Assembly: GCA_964035545.1 (NCBI GenBank)
Contig: OZ037768.1
Coordinates: 14,579,675 to 14,643,674, forward strand
Source of the DNA: Bugula neritina
Taxonomy: Eukaryota; Animalia; Bryozoa
DNA length: 64,000 nt
Direction of reading: 5' to 3'
Shown: positions 45,556 to 62,000 of the stretch, in pieces
Layout of the letters: every line of letters begins with the position of its first letter
Numbering within the stretch: the stretch's first letter is position 1
Notes under the pieces: generated by a model
The model's database searches: none
What the model was told of the DNA's origin: nothing
What the model saw: the letters and a program-made list of their open reading frames with translations, nothing else
Position numbers and translations under genes: made by a program

Positions 45556-48500
45556 CATATTGAAATATACTGCAACACATTGAAATATACAGCAACATAC
45601 TGAAATGTGCTGTAGCATACTGAAATACACTGCAACACACTGAACTATACTGTAAAATACAGAAATGTACTGTAAAATACTGAAATATACTTCAACATAC
45701 TGAAATATACCTAAAATATTGAAACATACTGAAATACGCTGTAACATACTGACGCATACTGCAAAATACTGAAAATACTGTAACATACTAAGACATACTG
45801 CAACATACCGAAGTATATGGTAACCTACTGAAACATGTTGCAAACGACTGAAATATACTGCAACATACTGCAACATAATGAAGCATACTGCAACATACCG
45901 AAATATACTGCAAGATACTGCAACATACTGAAATACATTGTAAGATACTGAAATACACTGCAACATGCTGCAACATCCTGCAACATATTGAAACACACTG
46001 TAACATATTGAAAAACACTGCAACACATTGAAATATACTGCAACATACTAAAACATACGGCAACATACTGAAATATACTGCGACACATTGAAATAAACTG
46101 CAACATACTGAAATATGCTGTAGCATACTGAATAACACTCCAACACACTGAAGTATACTGTAATATACAGAAATGTTATGTAACATACTGAAACATACGT
46201 CAACATACTGAAATGTACAGCAACATGCAGAAATATACTGCAACATACTGAAATACACTGCAACATACTGAATTACATTGCAACATACTGAAACACACTG
46301 CAACACACTAAAGTAAACTGTAATAAACAGAAATGTACTGTGACATACTGAAACATGCGGCAATATATTGAAATATACTGCAACACATTGAAATATACTG
46401 CAACATACTGAAATGTGGTGTAGCATACTGAAATACACTGCAACACACTGAAGTATACTGTAATGTACAGAAATGTATTGTAAAACACTAAAATATATTT
46501 CAACATACAGAAAACTACCTAAAAGTATTGAAATATACTGAAATACACTGTAACATACTGAAATACACTGCAACACATTGGAATATACCGCAACATACCG
46601 AAATATATGGTAACCCCACTGAATTATGTTACAAACTACTGAAATATACTGCAATATACTGCGACACATTGAAATATACTGCAACATACTGTAATATGCT
46701 CTAGCATACTGAAATACACTGCAACACACTGAAGTATACTGTAATATACAGAATATTACTGTAACATACTGAAACATACGTCAACATACTGAAATGTAGT
46801 GCAAGATGCTGAAATATACTGCAACATACTGAAATACACTGTAACATACTGAATTACACTGCAACATACTGAAATACACTGTAACATATTAAATTACACT
46901 GCAACACACTGAAATATACTGAAATATACCGAAATATATGGTAACCTACTGAAATATGTTGCAAACTACTGAAACATACTGCAACATCCTGCAACAAAAC
47001 GAAATATACTGTAATACACTGAAACATACTGCATAATACTGAAACCAACTGTAACATACTAAGACATACTGCAACATACTGATATATAATGCAAAATACT
47101 GAAATATACTGCAACATACAAAATACACTGCAACACACTGCAACAACCTGAAATATACTGTATCATATTGAAATACACTGCAAGATACTGAAATACACTG
47201 TAACCTCTCTAAATTCACTGCAACACATTGAAATATACCGCAACATACCGAAGTATATAGTAGCCTACTGAAATATACTGAAATACATTGTAAGATACTG
47301 AAATACACTGCAACATACTGCAACATAATGAAATATATAGTAACCTACTGAAATATGTTGAAAAGTACCTAAATATACTGCAACATAATGCAACATCATG
47401 AAAGATACTGCAACATACTGAAATATACTGCAAGATACTGCAACATACTGAAATACACCGTAACATACTGAAATACACTGTAACATATTGAAATACACTG
47501 TAACATATTGAAATACACTGCAACATACTGAAATGTGCTGTAGCATACTGAAACACACTGCAACACACCGAAGTATACTGTAATATACAGAAATGTACTA
47601 GAAAACACTAAAATATATTTCAACATACTGAAAACTACCTAAAAATATTGAAACATACTGAAATACACTGTAACATACTGAAATTCTCTGCAACACATTG
47701 GAATATAGTGCAACATACCGAAATATATGGTAACCTACTGAGATATGTTACAAACTACTGAAACATACTGCAACATACTGCAACATAATGAAATATACTG
47801 CAACATACTGAAAGATACTGCAACATACTGCAACATACTGAAATACACTGTAACGTACTGAAATATTCTGCAACATACTGAAATAGACTGCAAGAAACTG
47901 TAACCTACTGAAATATATTGTAAGATACTGAAATACACTGCAACATACTGCAACATACTGCAGCATATTGAAATACACTGCAACATTTTGCAATACACTG
48001 CAACACATTGAAATATAGTGCAAAATACTGAAACATACGGCAACATACTGAAATATACTGTAGCATACGGAAATACACTGCAACACACTGAAGTATACTG
48101 CAACATACTGAAATATATGGTAACCTACTGAAATATGTTACAAACTACTGAAATATACTTCAAAATACTGAAATATACCTAAAAATATTGAAATATACAG
48201 AAATACACTGTAACATATTGAAATACACTGCAACACCATGAAATATACCGCAACACATTGAAATATACTGCAACATAGCGAAATACTCTGCATCACACTG
48301 AAGTATAACGTAATATACAGAAATGTACTGTAACATACTGAAACCTACGTCAACAAACTGAAAGATACTGCAACATACTGAATTATACTGTGGCCTACTG
48401 AAACACATTGTAACATTTTGAAATATGATGTAATACACCGAAACATAGTGCAACATACTGAAATTTACCGGAACATGCTGGAATAAACTGTGACACACTA

Positions 48501-50204
48501 AATTATTATGCAGCAGACTGAAAGACACCGCAACATACTGAAATATACTGAGACACAATGAAATATACTGCAGCACACTGAAATAGGCCGCAGCATACTG
48601 AAATACACTGCAACACACTGAAGTATACTGTAATACACAGATATGTACTGTCCCATACTGAAACATACGTCAACATACTGAAATGTACTGCAACATACTG
48701 AAATATACTGCAACTTACTGAAATACACTGTAACATACTGAAATACACTGCAACACACTAAAGTAAACCGTAATAAACAGAAATGTACTGCGACATACTG
48801 AAACATGCGGCAATATATTGAAATATACTGCAACACATTGAAATATACTGCAACATACTGAAATGTGGTGTAGCATACTGAAGTACACTGCAACACACTG
48901 AAGTATACTGTAATATACAGAAATGTACTGTAAAACACTGAAATATATTTCAACATACAGAAAACTACCTAAAAGTATTGAAAAATACTGAAATACACTG
49001 TAACATACTGAAATACACTGCGACACATTGGAATATACTGCAACATACCGAAATATATAGTAACCCCACTGAATTATGTTACAAACTACTGAAATATACT
49101 GCAATATACTGCGACACATTGAATTATACTGCAACATACTGTAATATGCTCTAGCATACTGAAATACACTGCAACACACTGAAGTTTACTGTATTATACA
49201 GAATATTACTGTAACATACTGAAACATACGTCAACATACTGAAATGTACTGCAACATGCTGAAATATACTGCAACATACTGAAATACACTGTAACATACT
49301 GAATTACACTGCAACATACTGAAATACACTGTAACATATTAAATTACACTGCAACACACTGAAATGTACTGTGACACATTCGAATATACTGCAACATACT
49401 GAAATATGCTGTAACACATTGAAATATTATACTGCAACAAACTGAAACACACTGCAATACACTAAAGTATACTGTAACATACAAAAATTTACTGTAACAT
49501 ACTGAAACATGCCGCAGCATTTATAATATACAGCAACACATTGCAATAGACCGACACATACTGAAATGTGCTGTAGCATACTGAAATACACTGCAACACA
49601 CTGAAGTTTACTGTAATGTACAGAAATGTACTAGAAAACACTGAAATATATTTCAACATACTGAAAACTACCTAAAAATATTGAAACATACTGAAACACA
49701 CTGCAACATACCGAAATATACGGTAACTTACTGAAATATGTTACAAACTATTGAAACATACTGCAACATACTGCAACATAATGAAATATTCTGCAACATA
49801 CTGAAATAGACTGCAAGAAACTGTAACCTACTGAAATACATTGTAAGATACTGAAATACACTGCAACATACTGAAACATACTGCAACATACTGTAACATA
49901 ATGAAATATACTGCAACATACTGAAACAGACTGCAAGATTCTGCAACATACTGAAATACATTGTAAGATACTGAAATACACTGCAACATGCTGCAACATC
50001 CTGCAACATATTGAAACACACTGTAACATATTGAAAAACACTGCAACACATTGAAATATACTGCAACATACTGAAACATACGGCAACATACTGAAATATA
50101 CTGCGACACATTGAAATAAACTGCAACATACTGAAATATGCTGTAGCATACTGAATAACACTGCAACACACTGAAGTATACTGTAATATACAGAAATGTA
50201 ATGT

Positions 50205-53200
50205 AACATACTGAAACATACGTCAACATACTGAAATGTACAGCAACATGCTGAAATATACTGCAACATACTGAAATACACTGCAACATACTGAATTACA
50301 CAGCAACATACTGAAATACACTGCAACACACTAAAGTAAACTGTAATAAACAGAAATGTACTGTGACATACTGAAACATGCGGCAATATATCGAAATATA
50401 CTGCAACACATTGAAATATACTGCAACATACTGAAATGTGGTGTAGCAAACTGAAATACACTGCAACACACTGAAGTATACTGTAATATACAGAAATGTA
50501 CTGTAAAACACTGAAATATATTTCAACATACAGAAAACTACCTAAAAGTATTGAAACATACTGAAATACACTGTAACATACTGAAATACACTGCAACACA
50601 TTGGAATATACTGCAACATACCGAAATATATGGTAACCCCACTGAATTATGTTACAAACTACTGAAATATACTGCAATATACTGCGACACATTGAAATAT
50701 ACTGCAACATACTGAAAGTTACTGCAACATACTGGATTATACTGTGGCCTACTGAATCACATTGTAACATTTTGAAATATGATGTAACACACTGAAACAT
50801 ACTGCGACATACTGAAAATTACCGGAACATACTGGAATAAACAGAGACACCCTAAAATTTTATGCAACATATTGAGAGATACTGCAATATACCGAAGTAT
50901 ACTGTAACATATTGAAATATGCTGTAGCATACTGAACTACACTGCAACATACTGCACCCTACTGAAGTACACTGCAAAACTTTGAAATACACTGCAACAT
51001 ACCGAAATATGTGGTAACCTACTGAAATATGTTGCAAACCACTGAAACATACTGCAACATACTGCAACAAAATGAAATATACTGTAACACACAGAAACAT
51101 ACTGCAAAATACTGAAATATACTGTAACATACTAAAACATACTGCGACATACTGAAATATAATACAACATACTGAATTACACTCCAACATACTGAAATAA
51201 ACTTCAACATACTGAAATATACCAAAAAACAATGAAACATACTGAAATACACTGTAAGATACTGAAATACACTGCAACACATTAAAATATACTGCAACAT
51301 ATCAACAAATATGGTAACCTACTGAAATATGTTACAAACTACTGAAGCATACAGCAACATACTGCAACATAATGAAATACACTGCAACATACTGAAAGAT
51401 ACTGCTAGATACTGCAACATACTGAAATACATTGTAAGAGACTGAAATACACTGCAACATACTGCATTATACTGCAACATACTGCAACATATTGAAATAC
51501 ACTGTAACATATTGAAAAACACTGCAACACATTGAAATATACTGCAACATACTGAAACATACGGCAACATACTGAAATATACTGCGACACATTGAAATAT
51601 ACTGCAACATACTGTAATATGCTGTAGCATACTGAAATACACTGCAACACACTGAAATATACTGTAATATACAGAATATTACTGTAACATACTAAAACAT
51701 GCGACAACATATTGAAATATAATGCAACACATTGAAATATTCTGCAACATGCCGAAAAATATGGTAACCTACTGAAATATGTTACAAACTACCGAAACAT
51801 ACTGCAACATACTGCACCATAATGAATTATACTGCAACATACTGAAAGATACTGCAACATACTGCAACATACTGAAACACACTGTAGAATACTGAAATAT
51901 ACTGCAACATACTGAAATATACCGCAAGATACTGCAACACACTGAAATACATTGTAAGATACCTAAATACACTGCAACATTCTGCAAGATACTGCAACAT
52001 ATTGAAATACACTGTAACATATTGAAAAACACTGCAACACATTGAAATATACCGCAACATACCGAAGTATATGGTAGCCTACTGAAATATACTGCGACAT
52101 ATTGAAATATACTGCAACATACTGAAATATACCTAAAAATATTGAAACATACTGAAATACACTGTAACATATTCAAATGCACTGCAACACATTTAAATAT
52201 ACCGCAACATACCGAAATGTATGGTAACCTACTGAAATATGCTGTAACACATTGAAATATCCTGCAACACATTGAAATATACTGCAACATACTGAAATGT
52301 GCTGTAGCATACTGAAATACACTGCAACACACTGAAGTATACTGTAATATACAGAAATGTATTGTAAAACACTGAAATATACTTCAACATACTGAAAACT
52401 ACCTAAAAAAAGTGAAACATACTGAAATACACTGTTACATACCGAAATACACTGCAACACATTGGAATATACTGCAACATACCGAAATATATGGTAACCT
52501 ACTGAAATATGTTACAAACTACTGAAACATACTGCAACATACTGCAACATAATGAAATATACTGCAACATACTGAAATATGCTGTAACATACTAAAAGAC
52601 ACTGCAAGATACTGAAACATACTGAAACACATTGTAAGATACTGAAATACACTGCAACATACTGCAACATACTGCAACATACTGCAACATACTGAAATAC
52701 ACTGTAACATATTGAAAAACACTGACACACATTGAAATATACTGCAACATACTGAAACATACGTCAACATACTGAAATGTACAGCAACATGCTGAAATAT
52801 ACTGCAACATACTGAAATACACTGCAACATACTGAATTACACAGCAACATACTGAAATACACTGCAACACACTAAAGTAAACTGTAATAAACAGAAATGT
52901 ACTGTGACATACTGAAACATGCGGCAATATATTGAAATATACTGCAACACATTGAAATATACTGCAACATACTGAAATGTGGTGTAGCAAACTGAAATAC
53001 ACTGCAACACACTGAAGTATACTGTAATATACAGAAATGTACTGTAAAACACTGAAATATATTTCAACATACAGAAAACTACCTAAAAGTATTGAAACAT
53101 ACTGAAATACACTGTAACATACTGAAATACACTGCAACACATTGGAATATACTGCAACATACCGAAATATATGGTAACCCCACTGAATTATGTTACAAAC

Positions 53201-55700
53201 TACTGGAATATACTGCAATATACTGTGACACATTGAAATATACTGCAACATACTGAAAGTTACTGCAACATACTGGATTATACTGTGGCCTACTGAATCA
53301 CATTGTAACATTTTGAAATATGATGTAACACACTGAAACATACTGCGACATACTGAAAATTACCGGAACATACTGGAATAAACAGAGACACCCTAAAATT
53401 TTATGCAACATATTGAGAGATACTGCAATATACCGAAGTATACTGTAACATATTGAAATATGCTGTAGCATACTGAACTACACTGCAACATACTGCACCC
53501 TACTGAAGTACACTGCAAAACTTTGAAATACACTGCAACATACCGAAATATATGGTAACCTACTGAAATATGTTGCAAACCACTGAAACATACTGCAACA
53601 TACTGCAACAAAATGAAATATACTGTAACACACAGAAACATACTGCAAAATACTGAAATATACTGTAACATACTAAATTATACTGCGACATACTGAAATA
53701 TAATACAACATACTGAATTACACTCCAACATACTGAAATAAACTTCAACATACTGAAATATACCTAAAAACAATGAAACATACTGAAATACACTGTAAGA
53801 TACTGAAATACACTGCAACACATTAAAATATACTGCAACATATCAACAAATATGGTAACCTACTGAAATATGTTACAAACTACTGAAGCATACAGCAACA
53901 TACTGCAACATAATGAAATACACTGCAACATACTGAAAGATACTGCTAGATACTGCAACATACTGAAATACATTGTAAGAGACTGAAATACACTGCAACA
54001 TACTGCATTATACTGCAACATACTGCAACATATTGAAATACACTGTAACATATTGAAAAACACTGCAACACATTGAAATATACTGCAACATACTGAAACA
54101 TACGGCAACATACTGAAATATACTGCGACACATTGAAATATACTGCAACATACTGTAATATGCTGTAGCATACTGAAATACACTGCAACACACTGAAATA
54201 TACTGTAATATACAGAATATTACTGTAACATACTAAAACATGCGACAACATATTGAAATATAATGCAACACATTGAAATATTCTGCAACATGCCGAAAAA
54301 TATGGTAACCTACTGAAATATGTTACAAACTACCGAAACATACTGCAACATACTGCACCATAATGAATTATACTGCAACATACTGAAAGATACTGCAACA
54401 TACTGCAACATACTGAAACACACTGTAGAATACTGAAATATACTGCAACATACTGAAATATACCGCAAGATACTGCAACACACTGAAATACATTGTAAGA
54501 TACCTAAATACACTGCAACATTCTGCAAGATACTGCAACATATTGAAATACACTGTAACATATTGAAAAACACTGCAACACATTGAAATATACCGCAACA
54601 TACCGAAGTATATGGTAGCCTACTGAAATATACTGCGACATATTGAAATATACTGCAACATACTGAAATATACCTAAAAATATTGAAACATACTGAAATA
54701 CACTGTAACATATTGAAATGCACTGCAACACATTTAAATATACCGCAACATACCGAAATGTATGGTAACCTACTGAAATATGCTGTAACACATTGAAATA
54801 TCCTGCAACACATTGAAATATACTGCAACATACTGAAATGTGCTGTAGCATACTGAAATACACTGCAACACACTGAAGTATACTGTAATATACAGAAATG
54901 TATTGTAAAACACTGAAATATACTTCAACATACTGAAAACTACCTAAAAAAAGTGAAACATACTGAAATACACTGTTACATACCGAAATACACTGCAACA
55001 CATTGGAATATACTGCAACATACCGAAATATATGGTAACCTACTGAAATATGTTACAAACTACTGAAACATACTGCAACATACTGCAACATAATGAAATA
55101 TACTGCAACATACTGAAATATGCTGTAACATACTGAAAGACACTGCAAGATACTGAAACATACTGAAACACATTGTAAGATACTGAAATACACTGCAACA
55201 TACTGCAACATACTGCAACATACTGCAACATACTGAAATACACTGGAACATATTGAAAAACACTGACACACATTGAAATATACTGCAACATACTGAAACA
55301 TACGTCAACATACTGAAATGTACAGCAACATGCTGAAATATACTGCAACATACTGAAATACACTGCAACATACTGAATTACACAGCAACATACTGAAATA
55401 CACTGCAACACACTAAAGTAAACTGTAATAAACAGAAATGTACTGTGACATACTAAAACATGTGGCAATATATTGAAATATACTGCAACACATTGAAATA
55501 TACTGCAACATACTGAAATGTGGTGTAGCAAACTGAAATACACTGCAACACACTGAACTATACTGTAATATACAGAAATGTACTGTAAAACACTGAAATA
55601 TATTTCAACATACAGAAAACTACCTAAAAGTATTGAAACATACTGAAATACGCTGTAACATACTGAAATACACTGCAACACATTGGAATATACTGCAACA
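50205..55700 (+). repeat. Tandem duplication, period 2541 bp (~2.2 copies)
   Basis: CGTCAACATACTGAAATGTACAGC occurs at 50221, 52762 and 55303. ORF pairs 50852/53393, 51319/53860, 51769/54310 and 52512/55053 are offset by 2541. Confidence 0.94.
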
Positions 55701-56090
55701 TACTGAAATGTGCTGTAGCATACTGAAATACACTGCAACACACTGAAGTATACTGTAATATACAGAAATGTATTGTAAAACACTGAAATATACTTCAACA
55801 TACTGAAAACTACCTAAAAAAAGTGAAACATACTGAAATACACTGTTACATACCGAAATACACTGCAACACATTGGAATATACTGCAACATACCGAAATA
55901 TATGGTAACCTACTGAAATATGTTACAAACTACTGAAACATACTGCAACATACTGCAACATAATGAAATATACTGCAACATACTGAAATATGCTGTAACA
56001 TACTGAAAGACACTGCAAGATACTGAAACATACTGAAACACATTGTAAGATACTGAAATACACTGCAACATACTGCAACATACTGCAACA
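55690..56090 (+). repeat. ~400-bp local duplication of ~54820-55220 (offset 870 bp)
   Basis: TGCTGTAGCA at 54841/55711 and AAGTGAAACA at 54951/55821 match. ORF ends are at 55001/55871. Confidence 0.85.
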
Positions 56091-59000
56091 TAATCAAATA
56101 TACTGCCACATACTGAAAGATACTGCAACATACCGAAATAGGCCGCAGCATACTGAAATACACTGCAACACACTGAAGTATACTGTAATACACAGATATG
56201 TACTGTCCTATACTGAAATACACTGCAACTTACTGAAATACACTGTAACATACTGAATTACACTGCAACACACCGGAGTAAACTGTAATATACAGTAATG
56301 TACTGTAAAATACTGGAATATACTGCAATATACTGAAAGATATGGTAACCTACTGAAATATGTTACAAACTACCGAACAATACTTCAAAATACTGAAATA
56401 TACATAAAAATATTGAATTATACTGAAATACTCTGTAACATACTGAAATACACTGTAACATATTGAAATACACTGCAACACATTGAAATATACCGCAACA
56501 TACCGAAATATTCTGCATCACACTAAAGTATACTGTAATATACAGAAATGTATTGTAACACGCTGAAACATGCAGCAACATACTGAAATATACTGCAACA
56601 TATTGAAGTATACCGCAACATACTGAAATATGCTGTGGCATACTGAAATACACTGCTAGACACTGAAGTATACTGTAATATACAGAAATGTACTGTAACA
56701 TACTGAAATGTACGGCGACATACTGAAATGTACTGCAACATACTGAAATACACCGAAACAAACTGAATATATGGTAACCTAACGAAATATGTTGCAAACT
56801 ACTAAAATATACTGAAAGTCACCAAAAAATATTGCAACTGTGCAACATAATGGAATATACGGCAAAAACACTGGAATATACTGCAACAACCTAAGAGATA
56901 CTGCAAAATACTGCAACATACTGAAATACACTGTAACATTTTGAAATACACTGCAAAACGTTAAAATATACCGCAACATACTGAAATATATGGTAACCTA
57001 CTGAAATATACTGTAACACATTGAAATATTATACTGCAACAAACTGAAACACACTGCAACACACTAAAGTATACTGTAACATACAAAAGTTTCTTGTAAT
57101 TTACTGAAACATGCTGCAGCATTTATAATATACTGCAACACATTGAAATAGACTGCAACATACTGAAATACACTGCAACACATTGGAATATACTGCAACA
57201 TACCGAAATATATGGTAACCTACTGAAATATGTTACAAACTTCTGAAACATACTGCAACATACTGCAACATAATGAAATATACTGCCACATACTGAAAGA
57301 TACTGCAACATACCGAAATAGGCCGCAGCATACTGAAATACACTGCAACACACTGAAGTATACTGTAATACACAGATATGTACTGTCCTATACTGAAATA
57401 CACTGCAACTTACTGAAATACACAGTAACATACTGAATTACACTGCAACACACCGGAGTAAACTGTAATATACAGTAATGTACTGTAAAATACCGGAATA
57501 TACTGCAACATATTGAAAGATATGGTAACCTACTGAAATATGTTACAAACTACCGAACAATACTTCAAAATACTGAAATATACATAAAAATATTGAATTA
57601 TACTGAAATACACTGTAACATACTGAAATACACTGTAACATACCGAATTCCACTGCAACATACTGCAACATACTGAAATACACTGTAACATAGTGAAATA
57701 CACTGCAACACATTGAAATATACTGAAATACATTGTAAGATACTGAAATACACTGCAACATACTGCAACATTAGGAAATATATGGTAACCTACTGAAATA
57801 TGTTGCAAAATACTGAAATATACTGTAACATACTAAGACATACTGCAACATACTGAAATATAATGCAACATACTAAAATATACTGCAACATACTGCAACA
57901 TACTGAAATACTCTGTAACATACTGAAATACACTGCAACACACTGAAACCTATTGAAATGTACTGTAACATATTGAAATACACTGCAACATACTGCAAAA
58001 TGCTGAAATAAACTGTAACATTTTGAAATACACTGCAAAACATTAAAATATACCGCAACATACCGAAATAAATGGTAACCTACTGAAATATACTGTAACA
58101 CATTGAAATATTATACTGCAACAAACTGAAACACACTGCAACACACTAAAGTATACTGTAACATACAAAAATTTCCTGTAACATACTGAAACATGCCGCA
58201 GCATTTATAATATACTGCAACACATTGAAATAGACTGCAACATACTGAAATGTGCTGTAGCATACTGAAATACACTGCAACACACTGAAGTATACTGTAA
58301 TATACAGAAATGTACTAGAAAACCCTGAAATATATTTCAACATACTGAAAACTACCTAAAAACATTGAAACATACTGAAATACACTGCAACATACTGCAA
58401 CATAATAAAATATATAGTAACCTACTGAAATATGTTGAAAACTACTGAAATATACTGCAACATAATGCAACGTCATGAAAGATACTGCAACATACTGAAA
58501 TATACTGCAAGATACTGCAACATACTGAAATACACCGTAACATACTGAAATACACTGTAACATATTGAAATACACTGTAGCATATTGAAATACACTGCAA
58601 CATACTGCAACATACTGAAATACACTGCAACACATCGAAATATACTGCAACATACCGAAATATATGGTAACCTACTGAAATATGTTACAAACTACTGAAA
58701 CAAACTGCAACATTCTGTAACATAATGAAATATACTGCAACATACTGAAAGATACTGCAACATACTGCAACATACTGAAATACACTGTAACATACTGAAA
58801 TATGCTGCAACATACTGAAACAGACTGCAAGATACTGCAACATACTGAAATACATCGTAAGATACTGAAATACACTGCAACATGCTGCAACATCCTGCAA
58901 CATATTGAAACACACTGTAACACATTGAAAAACACTGCAACCCATTGAAATATACTGCAACATACTGAAACATACGGCAACATACGGAAATATACTGCGA

Positions 59001-62000
59001 CACATTGAAATAAACTGCAACATACTGAAATATGCTGTAGCATACTGAATAACACTGCAACACACTGAAGTATACTGTAATATACAGAAATGTAATGTAA
59101 CATACTGAAACATACGTCAACATACTGAAATGTACAGCAACATGCTGAAATATACTGCAACATACTGAAATACACTGCAACATACCGAATTACACTGCAA
59201 CATACTGAAACACACCGCAACACACTAAAGTAAACTGTAATAAACAGAAATGTACTGTGACATACTGAAACATGCGGCAATATATTGAAATATACTGCAA
59301 CACATTGAAATATACTGCAACATACTGAAATGTGGTGTAGCATACTGAAATACACTGCAACACACTGAAGTATACTGTAATATACAGAAATGTACTGTAA
59401 AACACTGAAATATATTTCAACATACAGAAAACTACCTAAAAGTATTGAAACATACTGAAATACACTGTAACATACTGAAATACACTGCAACACATTGGAA
59501 TATACTGCAACATACTGAAATATATGGTAACCTACTGAAATATGTTACAAACTACTGAAATATACTGCAATATACTGCGACACATTGAAATATACTGCAA
59601 CATACTGTAATATGCTCTAGCATACTGAAATACACTGCAACACACTGAAGTATACTGTAATATACAGAATATTACTGTAACATACTGAAACATACGTCAA
59701 CATACTGAAATGTACTGCAAGAGGCTGAAATATACTGCAACATACTGAAATACACTGTAACATACTGAATTACACTGCAACATACTGAAATACACTGTAA
59801 CATATTAAATTACACTGCAACACACTGAAATATACTGAAACATACCGAAATATATGGTAACCTACTGAAATATGTTGCAAACTACTGAAACATACTGCAA
59901 CATCCTGCAACAAAACGAAATATACTGTAATACACTGAAACATACTGCATAATACTGAAACCAACTGTAACATACTAAGACATACTGCAACATACTGATA
60001 TATAATGCAAAATACTGAAATATACTGCAACATACAAAATACAATGCAACACACTGCAACATACTGAAATATACTGTATCATATTGAAATACACTGCAAC
60101 ATACTGAAATACACTGTAACCTCTCTAAATTCACTGCAACACATTGAAATATACCGCAACATACCGAAGTATATAGTAGCCTACTGAAATATACTGAAAT
60201 ACATTGTAAGGTACTGAAATACACTGCAACATACTGCAACATAATGAAATATATAGTAACCTACTGAAATATGTTGAGAAGTACCTAAATATACTGCAAC
60301 ATAATGCAACATCATGAAAGATACTGCAACATACTGAAATATACTGCAAGATACTGCAACATACTGAAATACACCGTAACATACTGAAACACACTGCAAC
60401 ATACCGAAATATATGGTAACCTACTGAAATATGTTACAAACTATTGAAACATACTGAAACATACGGCAACATACTGAAATATACTGCCAAACATACTGAT
60501 ATATAATGCAAAATACTGAAATATACTGCAACATACTGAAATACACTGCAATACGCTGAAGTAAACTGTAATAAACAGAAATGTACTGTGACATACTGAA
60601 ACATGCGGCAATATATTGAAATATACTGCAACACATTGAAATATACTGCAACATACTGAAATGTGGTGTAGCATACTGAAATACACTGCAACACACTGAA
60701 GTATACTGTAATATACAGAAATGTACTGTAAAACACTGAAATATATTTCAACATACAGAAAACTACCTAAAAGTATTGAAACATACCGAAATACACTGTG
60801 ACATACTGAAATACACTGCAACACATTGGAATATACTGCAACATACCGAAATATATGGTAACCCCACTGATTTATGTTACAAACTACTGAAATATACTGC
60901 AATATACTGCGACACATTGAAATATTCTGCAACATACTGAAAGTTACTGCAACATACTGGATTATACTGTGGCCTACTGAATCACATTGTAACATTTTGA
61001 AATATGATGTAACACACTGAAACATACTGCGACATACTGAAAATTACCGGAACATACTGGAATAAACAGAGACACGTTAAAATTGTATGCAACATATTGA
61101 GAGATACTGCAATATACCGAAGTATACTGTAACATATTGAAATATGCTGTAGCATACTGAACTACACTGCAACATACTGCACCCTACTGAAGTACACTAC
61201 AAAACTTTGAAATATACTGCAACATACCGAAATATGTGGTAGCCTACTGAAATATGTTGCAAACCACTGAAACATACTGCAACATACTGCAACAAAATGA
61301 AATCTACTGTAACACACTGAAACATACTGCAAAATACTGAAATATACTGTAACATACTAAAACATACTGCGACATACTGAAATATAATACAACATACTGA
61401 ATTACACTCCAACATACTGAAATAAACTTCAACATACTGAAATATACCTAAAAACAATGAAATATACGGAAATACACTGTAAGATACTGAAATACACTGC
61501 AACACATTAAAATATACTGCAACATATCAACAAATATGGTAACCTACTGAAATATGTTACAAACTACTGAGGCATACAGCAACATACTGCAACATAATGA
61601 AATACACTGCAACATACTGAAAGATACTGCTAGATACTGCAACATACTGAAATACACTGTAAGAGACTGAAATACACTGCAACATACTGCATTATACTGC
61701 AACATACTGCAACATATTGAAATACACCGTAACATATTAAAAAATACTGCAACACATTGAAATATACTGCAACATACTGAAACATACGGCAACATACTGA
61801 AATATACTGCGACACATTGAAATATACTGCAACATACTGAAATGTGGTGTAGCATACTGAAATACACTGCAACACACTGAAGTATACTGTAATATACAGA
61901 AATGTACTGTAAAACACTGAAATATATTTCAACATACAGAAAACTACCTAAAAGTATTGAAACATACTGAAATACACTGTAACATACTGAAATACACTGC

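Noticed and set aside
52651-52690. Four perfect consecutive ACTGCAACAT monomers, and the idea that the A/B order is an information-bearing code
   Set aside because: Single-monomer slippage plus block duplication (copy at 55192-55231) explains the pattern, and nothing points to a readout mechanism.
14565-57436. Recurrent plus-strand 68-72 aa ORF (MLQTSETYCN...)
   Set aside because: It is a chance gap between TGA/TAA stops within one cassette, and it recurs only because that cassette is duplicated.
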